Shown in pieces: positions 37,451 to 51,213 of a stretch of DNA of 64,000 nt; positions within the stretch are counted from its first letter, which is position 1, and each line of letters begins with the position of its first letter. Both the position numbers and the translations under genes were made by a program. The stretch comes from Lytechinus pictus (lineage: Eukaryota): positions 744,001 through 808,000 of the forward strand of contig NC_087251.1 of assembly GCF_037042905.1 (NCBI RefSeq), in the 5' to 3' direction. A model generated the notes under the pieces. That model saw only the letters and a list, made by a program, of their open reading frames with translations. It was not told the origin of the DNA and ran no database searches.

Positions 37451-40382
37451 CTAAAGAAGACATAGCATGAGATAACTTAGTAAAACTACTTTAAATCTAA
37501 AGTTATCCATTGGAGGTACCAATCCTTTAAAGTCAAACAGGTGTAACCAATAGAAAATATTCATGCCATGACACTCAGTGCATGGAACATGGACTACAAA
37601 TATTTTCATACCTTCTTTTAATGCCAGTTCAAATATGTCGTAGCAACTGTTCCGGACAGAACATGAAAGTGACGCGGATTAATTGGCAAAGTCAATATTT
37701 TGCAACTTCATTCCTGTAATATGATTTCATTTTTAATTCCATGTGACAACTTTGTCACAAAAGCATTGTTGCATGACTATAGCTGTAGACTATTCTAAGG
37801 TGTGTTAAACAGATAGATTGATTATTGGCAGCATTGACACTTATCTTCTACTCATGTTCATTTAGTCTATCTCTGACATAAATTATTAAGTCATGGGGAA
37901 GCTGTCCTTCGCTTGAAGAACTTTGGCATCCCAAATTAATACTTCGGTCACATTTGCTCATTTTTTGTAATCATCCACATATTTAGGTGGTTTGAATAAA
38001 AATGAATAAAAAGGCAGTTTTCGACTCACCGTACGGCTGCCGTATATAGCAAATTTGACCGAGGTATAAATGACAATCCTGAGTTTGGTCAAATTTGTGC
38101 TTTCTGATCATTATGTGAGCATTATGCAAATTACATGCAATTCAATTTCCCCATGATTTAGCAATTGCATGTTCCTTTAATATATTTAATTGGCTTGTGT
38201 ATCTGCCACCTACATGTACCTGTCTCTGCCAAATAAAAGTTTTGATGATTTTTTTTTTATCAAACCATCACTCATATTTCTTTCTCTCATGGAAATATTG
38301 CTGGAAGCAGATAAGAATTTTACTTGACCTTTCTTTAAAAGAGAAAACACAATATTTTGTCACTCAGATTTATAGAGCTGTACAAGCACCTAACAAGGAC
38401 TATGTCTGCAAAGAGAATTTGACATTGGAAGGCATAACAAAGTTCTACCAGCGTCTACCAGCATGTCAAAAATATGAAAACTGCATTCCCTTAAATGCCT
38501 ACCAGGGGGGATTTATCTGATTTGAACATTGTATTCCCAGTCAACAGTGTCCAGATTTGAAGGACTACACAAGCAAATAGTCACGCAGAAGAAGTTAGAG
38601 TTGAAAATAGCTAAGGGCCAGGGATTAAACCATGATCTTGAAATTGGAATTCGATATCAAGTTGGCCAACATCAAAACAGTTAATTCTACTGAATCGTGA
38701 AGAGAGAATAAATTTGGCATTGCTGAAAAACAACTACATGAGGATAGATGAGGAAGTCTTCACTATTTACAATTCTTTTGACCTAATCTCTGGATAAGAT
38801 CTGTACTTTCTACAAAAACAATAAAGGGTCACTAGAATAAGACAAAGACTTGTTCAGTTCTGCTGTAACAACCATGGAGGCAGAGGTGATATATGCTTTA
38901 TATTATCAGTGAGAGCAATTACTGATTCCGTATTAGCAAAGCTCATATATACTATTTTTCTAAAATTCTCAAAATCAATGAACAATAACTGAAATATTTT
39001 ACGGCTAAAGTTTGTTAACACCCAGCATGCTACTGGTTAAGCTCCAGTCAAGTGAGATATCTTTTTGGTGAAGTCATCTAACGAAAGTCTGAGATTGTTC
39101 CTCTCTTACTACACAGCATGGTGTTTTAATAACATGCCTCGCTCTTACTGAAAAATGCTTACTATTTCTATGCTCAAGAAGTAATTAGCTACATGCCTGT
39201 GTAAGATTTCCATTTTGATAAGTTCAGGGTTTGTGAATAAAGATGAAAGAATGTCAATGGTGTAGAATAGCATAAAGTATTCTGTGCAGTTTCCACATCT
39301 TCCTTCAGAGCTGGTCTTGCATGTTTTAAGAATTTTTTTTCTATTTTGGTGTAAAATCAGAACAAAAAGTAAATGTATTAGTTTGGAATTTGGAAATGAC
39401 TATCCAACATTATTGTACAATTACAGTCTTCTGCCAATAGAATTGTTACACATAAGAGGTGGTACTTGAAAAGGTTTGCATCAATAGATAAAAGCAAGGC
39501 ATACAGAGTTGAGCTGTATTGCACTTAAAAGGTGGATAAACGGGTAAAAAAGTTTGCAAACCTGATAAACTAATGAATATTGTGCATTTTAAAGCCTCTT
39601 GCACTTTTACCTATAAAAAGCCCTCTCTCATACCCACACTCTCTATTGCATGTTACCTGTTGTAAAAAAAATTCGGAAGCACAAGAATGGAACATTCACA
39701 CACAAAGGGGACATGTCTCCTTAAAAATAATGTTACAAAGTCTGATCTTGCTTGGGGTACAGAAATGTCAGGGAATCAAAACAAGGCAGAGTGAGGAGTG
39801 TAATCCAACAACAACATTACTTCTATACCTCATGGCTGTATTCTTTCTGATTTCTCAGTCTAAATGGACCCTAATCAGAAAGCAATCAGAGCTATATAGG
39901 GTACATACAGCAGAGTGATTCTTTTTTCCTCTGTATTATCTGATCAACACTGATTCTACCAATACAAAACAACCCCACTGGCAATGTTGGGGTAACACCT
40001 TGCTCTTATAAATAAATTGGTCCACGTTCTAATCTCACATTGCCCGCTTACAGTTTCCAACTATATGCTTTTCAGACTAAAGTTTCATAACCCCATATTA
40101 TTATTTTTTTTTTTGGGGGGAGGGGGTCAGACTGTCTTTCTTAACCCCATACTATTTGCTTAGCAGGGATCAACACATAACCCTAGACTATTGCACAGCT
40201 CATTGATATTGACCATTTTGCCACACAGTACAAAATTTTGACTTCTGTTATTGGTTAATTTTTTGTTTGTCTGATTTCATTTCAAACTACAGCTCCTAGC
40301 ATTGTCTGGATATAGCACAGCAATAAACTGGCTAACCCTGCTTTTCAGCAGGGCCAGATAGTACCATCAGTCTGAAACCAAA

Positions 40383-41163
40383 TACCCTTTTTACACAGGA
40401 TTTTCTTAGCCCCGGACTATCGCTAACCTCGTACTATCCTTAACCCGGTACCGGTATGGGTACCGGTAGGAAGTAATTCCTTAAAAAGCTGTGTGCGCTA
40501 TGAACGCCTAGCTTAGCCGGGTAATATAGGAGCGCCTTGCGCACCTAACAAGGTGGATATGTGCGCAATATAAATACCCTATATTATTATTATTATTATT
40601 AACCCCGTACTATTTTTTTTCCTTTTCAAACATGCCAAATTGTTATTGCTAACCCCGGATAAGGAATGCTTACTTTTCACACACGAAACTCGCTAACCCC
40701 GGACTAGTGGTAGCTCATGAATATTCACGAGCGCACTGAGGGGCCATTCGGGTCATATCCAAAATCGCGCGCGCTTTAAATACATTTGTTGATCATTCGT
40801 AGTACAAGTACTTCACTCGGAATTGTTTACCGGCTATACGATAGACCTATGCTTACCCCTGATTGAACAACAGGGCCGGCTCTGTTGCGGGGCATGAATG
40901 GGAGCGCTTAGCCCACTTTCATTTTACACTAGCGATCTTAACCCCGTACTATCGCTCTTAGCACCGCAATTGCTGGGATAACCCTGCTTTTTTGCAGGGC
41001 CAAATAATCCTGTACTAAAGGTGGGGTTAGCCCACTTTGCAAAAATGCTGTGTAAAAAGAAAATGGGCTAAGCTTAACCCAGTACTATAGGTGGGGCTAA
41101 ATGGCAATTTAGCCCCACCTATAGTACGGGGTTAAGGAAATTTTAGCGTGTGTAAAAAGGGTA
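40383..41163 (+). mobile_element. Harbinger-type MITE family K nested in a related older MITE
   Basis: 15-bp perfect TIR TACCCTTTTTACACA, 3-bp flanks AAA/AAA, repeated taaccccgtacta motifs. Confidence 0.85.
40452..40598 (+). mobile_element. 5'-truncated SINE/LINE 3' end with (ATT)n tail
   Basis: Ends aatataaataccctat(att)n. Flanked by ttaacccggtac / ttaaccccgtac, a 12-bp TSD with 1 mismatch. Confidence 0.75.
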
Positions 41164-41469
41164 AAAGTGGGCCAAGCTTAACCCCAGGATAATGGTGGGG
41201 CTAGGACCACATCTCCCCCCCCCCCTTGCTCCACCTATTTCCCAGGGTTAAGGAAAAATTTTGTAGTCTGAAAAAAGTGAAAAGCACATTAGATTATAGA
41301 TGCTGACAAAGAAAATAAAACAGAAATGAGGAATCAGATTTCATAAAAATAAAATACTGAATATAAAAAGAATGTCCAGAAAGAAATATGTGAGTGAAGA
41401 AAGACAAGTAATAACACAAATTCTAAGAGCCAAAGGTAGAAGGTAAGTTTAAAAATCAAGACAAGTTTT

Positions 41470-42937
41470 GAAAGTAGCAATTGCTTTTGCTTGGTTTTTG
41501 CTTGATTCCATATGCATAAAAATAAGCGAGCAAATGCTAGCTAGTAACAGTCAGACCGCAGGTCCCTATGCTAATGAGCAAAAAGGCCAGATTCATCCAA
41601 ATCATCTCGTGGCTGAATCCTCCTCCTTGCAAAATCTCGTGATTCGTGAGATTTTCTTTCCCTAAGAATTTACCTGTTTTAACCTCAAGTTAAATGAAAT
41701 ATTATTGCACCATCAGATAGAGTAAAAGTTACTCTTTCATATTGGTCATTTATTTTGTATACAATATTTTGTTAAATAAGTAAATTTCTGACCTGAAATT
41801 GTGCCTCAAAACTGAATTTTCCTCCTCTGTTTTCTTTTGCAAATTGTGCAAAACTTTTTATTTTGAGCCTCAATGATATCTATATCACCATAAAGCTGAA
41901 CTTCTGTACTTTCTCACAATGCCACTCTTGATATGCGGCACCTTTTAATCGGGTCAAGATCACACTTTTCCCACCAAGGTACAAGACGAGATTTCTGAAA
42001 TTTTGTATTTGCATGAAATCCAGAGTTCTGATTGGCTGGATAAGGTTCACAGAACAACAGGCGCGGGGTATTTGAGGAGATTACCACATGGGAAGTGTGA
42101 CCTTCCCACGAACCCAGGCACTGGAACCGTAGGAATTTGCCATTGTGTGGTCTTTTTGACCAATCAGAGTGCAGTATACTTGTTTTCAAGCTGCTTTATG
42201 TACTTGGCAAATGAAAAGTGTGATCTTGACCCGATTAAACCAATTCTTATTTTGAAACCTATATCATTTCAAAGCATACATATTCAGCTTTATCATGATA
42301 TAAAAATTTGGGCTCAAACAAAAATAAAGTGTGAAAATAGCAGCTTTTGTCAGGTGAAAATATTTATTTTGTAGCATATTTTAGATCAAAATTTTAACCT
42401 ATATTACAAAATCTTTGAATAAATCCAAACACATGACCTGAAAGAATGATTCTTCTTCTTTACAATGGTACCAAATTCATGAAATTCGATGCATAATTAG
42501 AGCAGCAATGACCGAATGAAAAGAGGTGTTTTGGTCCGCATCAAGCTCATTAAATATGCAAAACATCTCAAGTCATGAATATCACTTGGATGAAAGAAGC
42601 CACTTTCTTGGGACCTGCAGTCTGACTGGTAAGTTCAAGCAATCGGTAATTGACTCTTAGCACTTCCCTGACAATTAGGCTATTGCTAAAAAGTGTATGC
42701 ATAATACGAACATTTTGCTTGTGCGTTTAAGCACTTGCTTGGTTTTTTTTTTTTCAAGCTTCGTCAGAGCAGCTTGAGCGTTTGCTTGATCAGGGCGTTC
42801 ACGTTTTTTAATCATGTTTATGCTCCAGAGAGTGAACCCCAAGGTGTACAGTAATCTACATGTACATGTTTTCTTCCTAGTAAGTGCAAACCAAATGCCA
42901 AATATATAAATTTATTAAAAAGAAGTTAGTTTGACAC
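41470..42937 (+). mobile_element. Old MITE family M, copy 2, interrupted by 41548-42628
   Basis: Begins aaagtagcaattgcttttgct. The portion after the insertion matches the reverse complement of 36290-36540. Confidence 0.65.
41548..42628. mobile_element. Non-autonomous DNA transposon with 4-bp TSD (1081 bp; Academ- or Sola-like, unassigned)
   Basis: 19-bp TIR CAGTCAGACYGCAGGTCCC. TSD GTAA at 41544-41547 and 42629-42632. Confidence 0.85.
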
Positions 42938-44500
42938 TAAGTCCATGCACGTGGATATGGATTCATGCAAGAATTTTCCACAGGCGATGCACGCAATTTA
43001 CGGTACAAACATTCGCTGCTTCCCGGCCAAGGCCGAGGCAACCATCATGTACGTAGCAATGTAAACAAAGCGACACAATCATGCAAGCAATGGCAGTATT
43101 TGTCGCCTTTGGAAGAGTTTGCCACTGCGCAATGTATTATCTGTGTATCAAAATTTTGTACATAGCTATTGGCGCTGAAAAAGCATAGTAATAAAGGTCA
43201 AAAGCATAGTGGCGTAATTAGGTGTAAAAATCGTAAAAACTACTCTTTTTCCTAATAGTTGGCAACTCTGGAACCGGTTTCCAGTAAACTAGTTTTTTAG
43301 ATTTGTAATGAGAACGGTGTCAGTGTCACACATTCCAAACGATTTGAGCATGTCAATTCATGGTCAGTTTAGGACCATTCAATGTCACCTGTCATCTCTT
43401 ATATGATAATATTTGGCTCACAGCACTGATCCACATGTGTTGGTTAGACCATGTGTTTATACTTCCATTTTTTAACACAGGACAACGTTTTGATATGCAC
43501 ATGGTAAACACAAATAAAAAATAACGTTCACAGTTGCAGAATAGAGTTCATGCTTGCAAGAATGTGTCTCTACTTTGCAAGGACAGAAGATTGTATGAGT
43601 GAAAGATCACACTTTGTACATTAAAAGGATGCTGTTTTCATTCTTCCTCCAAAATGTATTTTCTGAGAATTTTCGACCTCAAAACACACCTTTCAGCATA
43701 TCTCCATTTCCAACCAGCATTCTGATTTTGGGTTTATATGAAAATGAGAAAGGAAACAACATATCTTAAACATTTTCAAACAAATAAACTGTCTCAAAAA
43801 CATTTAGCATGAACACAACCACAGAAACCTGTTTTTTTTTCTTCTTCTTCTTCCTCCCCACCCCCTCCATAATTGTCTTTGAGATAGATCTTGAAATCTG
43901 ATGCAAGGTCAGATTCAAGTATGGAAGAAATTTAATAAAATTACCAACAAACATCCATTTTCTTCCAGACAAAACACAATGTCATCTCTGTCAGTCAAAA
44001 ATCCAGTTTTGTGTATATACATACGTCTTTTTGAACATCCAGATCTTCAAATTGGTGTGCTTGTTTGAAATCACATGAAAAAAAATGATCTTTTTGTTCA
44101 AGACCTACATATATTGCCTTTCTTGAAAACAGCATATCAATGCATCTCCTGGAAGCAAATCCAATTGCAGCTAAATATGCTAAATATGGTTCTCTATAAT
44201 TTGTCATGATTAAAGTAAGGCAACAAATTTGATCAGCATTAATAGAATTAACATGCATTTGTATGGGGGTATTCATGAACTATGACAGCAATGAGTTTCA
44301 GGAAACAGTTATTCACTATGACCACATAGGTAAACAAATGTGTTTGTTTGAAAAACCTTTCTATGTCAAGGCTTCATCCTACTTGAGATCATCATCTTCT
44401 ACATACTCTGATAATTCAGTGTTGGTTGCCATGGCAATACTGAGCTGACTGAAGCTCTCTCCTGACCAGTACTAGAGCAAGAAGAAAGATGACCACAAAA

Positions 44501-44974
44501 GGTGGTTTCAGACCGCCTCGAAGTTCGTCAGTCCCAGGTATTCTCTGATCGGGAAAGTTAACCCGATCAGAAAATACCAGGTATTTTGGTAATGTGAAAG
44601 CAAACTACGCGTAATTTCCCCGGAAGAAAATACCCGCTAAATAGTAGGTACTTGGCAAAATTACGAGAACTTTCACGGGGATTTTTCCAAGGTCGCAGGT
44701 ATTTTGGCAATGTGAAAGCAATTTACGGGAACTTTTAGCCCAGCGTGTCGTTGGGCGCGGGCGCCGTGGGTGGCTGCTGGGCTAGTGGTTTTGAATCTCG
44801 CGCCTTGCCTGCTTATTAGACCATACTGCGCATGCTCCTAACTTCAGGAATTTATCCCGAAGAGTATGTTTCGGGGCGGTGTGAATGCAGGAATAATTAA
44901 TGGGTATTTTTTAGCCTAAAAATGTTCTCGTAATTTAACGGGGATTCTTGTGATCGAGGCGGTTTAAAACCGCC
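44501..44974 (+). mobile_element. Harbinger-type MITE family H, full copy (474 bp)
   Basis: 21-bp imperfect TIR ggtggtttcagaccgcctcga / tcgaggcggtttaaaaccgcc, flanks aaa/taa. Fragments of the family occur at 3369-4616 and 30591-30735. Confidence 0.85.
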
Positions 44975-45754
44975 TAAACAGTGTTAGGAATGTGTACAAA
45001 TATTCTTTCTGCCTGATTGAGTGTGATCACCCTGGAGGTATCCTCACTTGGTGACCTCGATGACCTCATAGCCGAGGTCACGCCCTTCTGAGGTCACTCT
45101 GGATACTTTCATTCTTAATCTTATCTTTGTTATTCTAGCTGAAAGCCAGACATGAAAATTGCACCAATCTTTCTCCATGCACTGCCCTTTTCATTTCACT
45201 TTCAAATCTTGCTTGAGTTTGTGCAATCATCTACTTGTTACTACATGCATGGACGATAGTGTTTAACTATTTCATACAATGTAGTTCATGTCAAGAAAAC
45301 TTTTCCTTTTCTATTGAATATATCATTGTTGGTACTGAGAACTGAAAATAATGCAGTAAGCCTTCATCGAGTCTGTTTTACCTTTCATAGCTTCATCCAT
45401 CTGATCAATCAATTCCTGATACTAGTATAAGCTAATGCAAAAGTATAATGCCATATGAGAGACATTAATGTCACTTTGTAACAAGTCAATTTGCTGATGG
45501 TGCCAATGACATGGACATGGTATTATCTTTAGAAGCAATTAGATTAGTGTACCATTATAGAGCATGTCAAAACAACATGCCAATGTTTGAATGCTCTCCA
45601 GGGCTAGACATACCTGCCCAAGGTGACAGTCCAACTGGATGAGTTTGTTGAGACCTGTTCACATTCACCTACCTCAACCTCTCCTCAATAAGCCCATTCA
45701 ATGGGAACAGGTTCAACATGACTGTGAGCATTCCAAGATGCAGGAAAGGTCTAA

Positions 45755-45960
45755 GGCACCGTTCTCAATATGTTCCTAAAACTAGTTTACTGGAAACTAG
45801 TTTAACGCGTAGTGAGAACGGTCGAAGCGGTCTTGGAAGCGATCTTCCAAACCAGTTCGGAAAACCACCTTGCGATGTAGTTTTCAAGAGCTGTCGAGAG
45901 TTTCAAGAGTGTCGAGCTTCAAATCAAAATCGGCAGCACGTCACGAATGATCCACAGCCG
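45755..45960 (+). mobile_element. MITE terminal fragment; an inverted terminal fragment of the same family lies at ~43270-43321
   Basis: ggcaccgttctca...aaaactagtttactggaaac here versus gtttccagtaaactagtttt...tgagaacggtgtc at 43277-43321. Confidence 0.55.
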
Positions 45961-48900
45961 TGCAATCATTTTCTTTGTCCCAATCCCACATTGGAAATAT
46001 AAAAAACATGATGATCCTATGACACACCTTAAGACGAGCTTGGAGGAGAGTGACGGTCCCATTGACACATCAAATGACGCAACGAGGTAAAGTGACTTAA
46101 TATGACGCAAATATGGGTCAGTCTTGTGATGGACATTTTGCGTCCATGACGGAACTGTGTGTCACAATTCTGGGGAACATGACGCAACCCTGATGCATCA
46201 TTCTCGGGAGGTCAAGATGTCTGATGTGCGTCAAGCAAATGACAAAAGCATAAAGTGAACATTTCTACCTCTTGATATTATATTGTGTTAATCTGATGGG
46301 GACTCACTTTTCTTGTCTACATGGTTCATATCATCACCTTAGAGGCCTAAAAACACTTGATATATTTTGTTAATGTCACCATTATACAGCTTTGACAGCA
46401 TACTTTCAGTTTGGAGGATCAGCAATTGTAGGTATAATTGGAAAAATGTACTGTTTATCATTTTATAGTGACCTACCATTGTTGACCATCAATATCCGAT
46501 TCTTTTCACCACAATTAGGTGCTATAAAAAAAATTGAACAAACTCTCCTTCATAACCATTAACTTTTCAGGTGTGCGCACCAAGGGTCTTTGAAGTAGGC
46601 CTACTCCAGAAACCAAACAAGGGCTTCACATAATAGGTACTCTTATTCTAAAAAGTAAATCCAAGTAAATCAGCAGTCATTGGCATTCTTGGCATACCTT
46701 AAGATGGTTTAAGGTGTTTTGATGTCTTACAGGAGATTGCTATTACCTCCTACATACATGCCCAGTTGTCAAGCCAAGACAATTACCACCTCTTAAAATC
46801 CACACCTTTACACCTGTGGATAGTTAACCCTGGCCAGCTCGCTGGATTCATTGGTCACTTGCTCACTAATTTTAGCACTCAATGCCTAGTTCATCCCTTC
46901 TTAGCAAACACTGTGTGCATAGTAGAACTAGAATAGCAGATCACTAATACAATTCCAATTTCAATTGACTCAGATTGTTAATAGTATGTTGAGTAGTACT
47001 TTTTTTCATGCAAAGCAAATTAGAATTTTTTTAAAAAAAGTGTAATTCAAACAATGGTCAGAAGCAATTGTGAGGTTCATTAAATCACAGATCAATTAAC
47101 TGAGCTTCTTCAACATACAAGTGATTAGGTGCAATCTTTCCATTGCAACATGGTTCCAAGTGAGTTAATTTTCTGTTGAGTGTTTTTCTATGGGGGGATT
47201 TAGAACTGGGAAATATTGCAATTTAGAAGACTTAACCTTTAAATTTTGATAAATATATGTTCAATCACAGGTTCAATAGTGCAATCATAATCATAATTAT
47301 CATTATTTATAACAATACCAGTGTCTAATCACATGTAAAATGTTTGAAGACTTATCATACTAATAATTAGAACAGTTTTAATCCCTGTGAGGCAAAAATC
47401 CCTGCAATTGTACTGTAACTCATGATGATAATTGAAAATGCTTCGACACTGAACTATGCTATTGTTGGTGAATTTCTCAGAACTTCCTTACCAGTACGCA
47501 TTGTGATTGGTTGCATGAGAGGGGGAGGTTGGATACTGGGAGGTAATCACTGGTAGTCATTTGTGATGTGGTTTAGTGATAAGGTCATGAGGTCAGTGAA
47601 CTATACCCCCACAACCACAGTATGAACTTGACTTTCACTTCAAATACAACAATGGGAGCAGAACCCTGACCAGATTTAAGTGAAATCTATTAGAATTAAT
47701 TTTAAAATACCTGAAAAAATCATCTGGGATTGAATACTTCCCATTTAATGGAATTACTGAGGTTTGTGGTCAAGTGGAGAATTCTCTGGATAGTGTCCAT
47801 GTTACTCTTGGTCCTTGCCAATAATCTGCCTCCCTTGACCCAGGTGTATAAAGTGGGACTCTGTTACAAGCTCTTTGCTATTGAATGCATCGCATCAGAT
47901 AAGAACAAAAATGAACTTTATAACCCCTTTTCTTTTTTTAAGGAAAGGCATGTACATGTAGGCACACCATGTAAATGGAGTTTCATCTGTTGCAAATCAC
48001 TCTCTGGGTAGGGATTTCTATTCAGATTTGAAAATAATTTTGTTTATAAGCTGATAACTTGACAACCACTTTCTAGAGGGCTGTGACTGTACAAGTGCCA
48101 ATGTGTTTATAGTGTCTACACTATAAATGAAGACTACAGATCTGCAAAATTGCTTATTCACCTAAGCATCTCCTGATAAAGCAGTGCTATACCACATACA
48201 ACATGGATTTTAATAACTACATGTCACACCTTCCATTGTTGAACAGCAAGAGCAATGATGGTGTGTGGTGTGAATGACTCTAAAGTGGAATACCATCGTC
48301 TCATCAATCAGTACCCTTCCACTTTACACCACTGACAAGGAAGACACACCAATACCCATCAAGCAATCTATCATTATTTACAAAACATTCAACAAGGAGT
48401 TTTCAAACCTCCCTTTATACACTGTATAGTCTCTATGCATGAACCACAAGCAAGGTCCACCATATACACCTAGCATAAAGGTTGTTGTACTCCAGCATAC
48501 TTTCACTCAGCAACCATGTTAAGTCTAATCAAGTCAACGTTGGTGTGTTTTTAGACCTACCATAATTATAGAGTATCGTTAGAGAATCCATTAAAAAAAA
48601 TTCCTCCATTCAAGAGATATAACAAGTTACCATTTACACTAAAATACCCTTTAAACTTGGTGTTAGCAGTAGAGAAGAGCTCATTCTCAGCATGTAGTAG
48701 GTCTATGTTCTCAGAAACTTGACTAGATAAGAACAAAAACCCTTCCTCCTGCAAAGAGTTTATCATACTATGTAATTTCAGAACTTGAATGATTCTTGAC
48801 TACACAAATTCTAAAATTCATGCCTTTGTCATAGCAATTACCAATGGGAAGGTGGTGCATAAAACTTGTCAATATTCCTAACAGTAATATTGGCACAAAA

Positions 48901-50078
48901 TATAACACACTGAAACAAAGTTTAAAAAGCAATACATCTGAGTGTAACCACACTAAAACAAATCTATGGAGTAAATGATAACATATTTCCAGCAATTGAT
49001 TAGGTCTACAGACAGACTCTTGATACACCAAATTAATATTTCTTGCCCAAGTTCTCATTATCTGATGGGCTCCATAACACAAAATGAATGGCTAATGAAG
49101 ATCACAGTTGCATATTAAAGGGTCTAAAGACTGATCAGTGACCCATATTAAAACACAGTTGTTCCAAATTTACAATTCATTACAAATCATGTTACAGGGT
49201 CCTGTATATGTCCTAAGGATCGAGTCAACTACAACTGGTTCACAAAGTATCATAGTAATCACAATCCATTCATTTGTTCCTGTCAGCTGGCGCATCACTC
49301 TTTCCAAATCAACCATGTCAAGTTCAATTTCCTTTGGAGAACAAAAAAGTGTTCATGAAAGGTCCCAGAATAGACAAGTCTGACATATAGACTAGCTTTT
49401 AACCCTTCCTCCTCCCCCTCTATCAGACAACACATTAGCTCAATCTGTGACCATTAGATAACCAATCCATCAACTTTCATATCTGCAATAGATCTCTACG
49501 ATGATGTGCATGAACTTAACTCTAACTTGACATTCATTTCCCGATGACAATTAAAGATGTTTCATTTGATATCAGCCCTATTTTTCCTTCCTCTAGGCTT
49601 GAAGGGCATGATGAATGTAGCAAAACAAGTTTTGTGCTTTTGCCCTTTTCACTTGTTGAGGATTCATTTCCAATTGATTATTGAAGACTTCTTTTGTTCA
49701 GAATCAAAGTAGGTATATCTGTTATCAATACATGCACATCATTTCAGTCTATCAAATGAAAACAATATTCACATAACAGGGTCAGTCAATTAAATTCAAT
49801 TCTTAAAGTGAAATGTGATTGAGTTTAAAAATTAGAATTTTAAGAATAACACAACAGATTATGATTCTTAAATACACACTACATACATTATGGCAAATTT
49901 ATTGATGACCTAGACCACTCAACACTTGCAGTTTTTTAAACATGAATTAACTCACACTATAATATTGCTTTAAAAAATAGAACAAAAATTAAAGGAGTGT
50001 GTACATTCAGATAATATGAACAATCTTACAAATATTTACTCAAACTGTCACTATGGAGACCAACTTCTTGAAACTGCA

Positions 50079-50107
50079 AGAGAGCGAGAGAGAGAGAGAG
50101 AGAGAGA
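50079..50107. repeat. (GA)n microsatellite
   Basis: Direct reading. Confidence 0.9.
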
Positions 50108-50479
50108 AAGGGGGGAAATAAGCACAATGAAGGAAGGCAGAGAGAGAAGACAATTATTGGAGAAAGAAGGAGAGTAAGTATCTGACAGGCTATACCCTTG
50201 AACCCTACATACATCATATCAAGTATTTGTGCTACAAAGGTTGGACTAAGAATATATCTGTGCCGATGGCAGGCCAGATATGACTGGGGTTAGCAAAATG
50301 TTTTTTGATCTGCTGTAACAGGGTTTGCTGGAGGACAAAGGCTATAGGAAGAGGATGTCTCAGGCAGCCTGGGTTGCTTGACATCTGGTGACCTATGTCT
50401 GGTAATGAGACTCATTGCATCTGGTATGCAAAACACAGAGGAGGGAGGGGTTCAAATATAATACAGATGAGATGGTTTC

Positions 50480-50720
50480 TGCTGCTTGTGATGAAGATAG
50501 AGGTGATGGTAATGTTGTGGCCGCTGCTGTTGCTGTTGCTGCCGCTGGCGGTGGTGGTGGTGGGCTGGCAGGGGATAGTTGTGATAACGATAGTGATTTT
50601 GATGGTGACATTGATGGGTATAATAGTTATGATGCTGGACTGATGATGGTCATGGTTTAGTCATGATGGTTGTGGTAGCAGGAGTGGTGGTGATATTAGT
50701 ATTGTAAATGATGTTGTAAT
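50480..50720. repeat. Low-complexity GAT/GGT/GCT triplet tract
   Basis: Mixed trinucleotide runs that explain three overlapping low-complexity ORFs. Confidence 0.75.
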
Positions 50721-50899
50721 CATGACTTCTGTATGTGACCATCAAATATGATAATTGCCAGTTTTCTAATGATTGAATTCAGATTGTAAAGAAATATAGC
50801 AGTAATTGCATGGGATAATTTCAATTAACTTAAACCATTCTACAATGCCTATTATTAATATTAATAGGCCTATATGGTTGATTTTATTCAAATCATATC

Positions 50900-51146
50900 A
50901 ATAATAATAATAAATAATAATGTTTTATTTACCCAGGGTAGCCACTTCAGTTAGGAAACTGCTCTACCAGCGGGCCCTGCATAACATAATAATGTTATTA
51001 TTACCCTTCTCCAATCTAAATGCTTGAGCGCCTAGCAAGAAGGCAGAAGATCCCATTTTTGTAAGTCTTTGGTATGACTCGGCCGAGGAGCGAACCCACG
51101 ACCTCCCATTCGCGAGGCGGGTGCTCTACCACTGAGCCACCATGAC
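50900..51146 (-). mobile_element. Full-length tRNA-derived SINE (~247 bp)
   Basis: On the minus strand: A-box TGGCTCAGTGG, B-box GGTTCGCTCC, a non-tRNA body, AATAAA and an (ATT)n tail. Confidence 0.9.
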
Positions 51147-51213
51147 AATTGTCTCCACCAATCAAACTTCGTAATTGTAACAACATTGAGACCTTCAAAT
51201 CTGAACTCTTTAA

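Larger units (their letters stand above)
40066..41279 (+). mobile_element. Old MITE (outer member of a three-level nest)
   Basis: TIR ttttcagacta / tagtctgaaaa. Its right part (41167-41279) is a diverged homolog of the inner element's right end. Confidence 0.65.

Noticed and set aside
38024..38090. Possible minus-strand exon ending at GTGAGT
   Set aside because: A donor-like motif only. No Cys-rich CRIM1-like frame or convincing acceptor; it looks like a repeat fragment.
50393..50660. Ala/Pro/Gly/Asp-rich ORFs
   Set aside because: Trinucleotide low-complexity tract open in several frames, with no convincing splice or domain evidence.
51075..51146. tRNA gene
   Set aside because: A and B boxes are present, but the acceptor stem does not pair well and the sequence continues into a SINE body with an (ATT)n tail.
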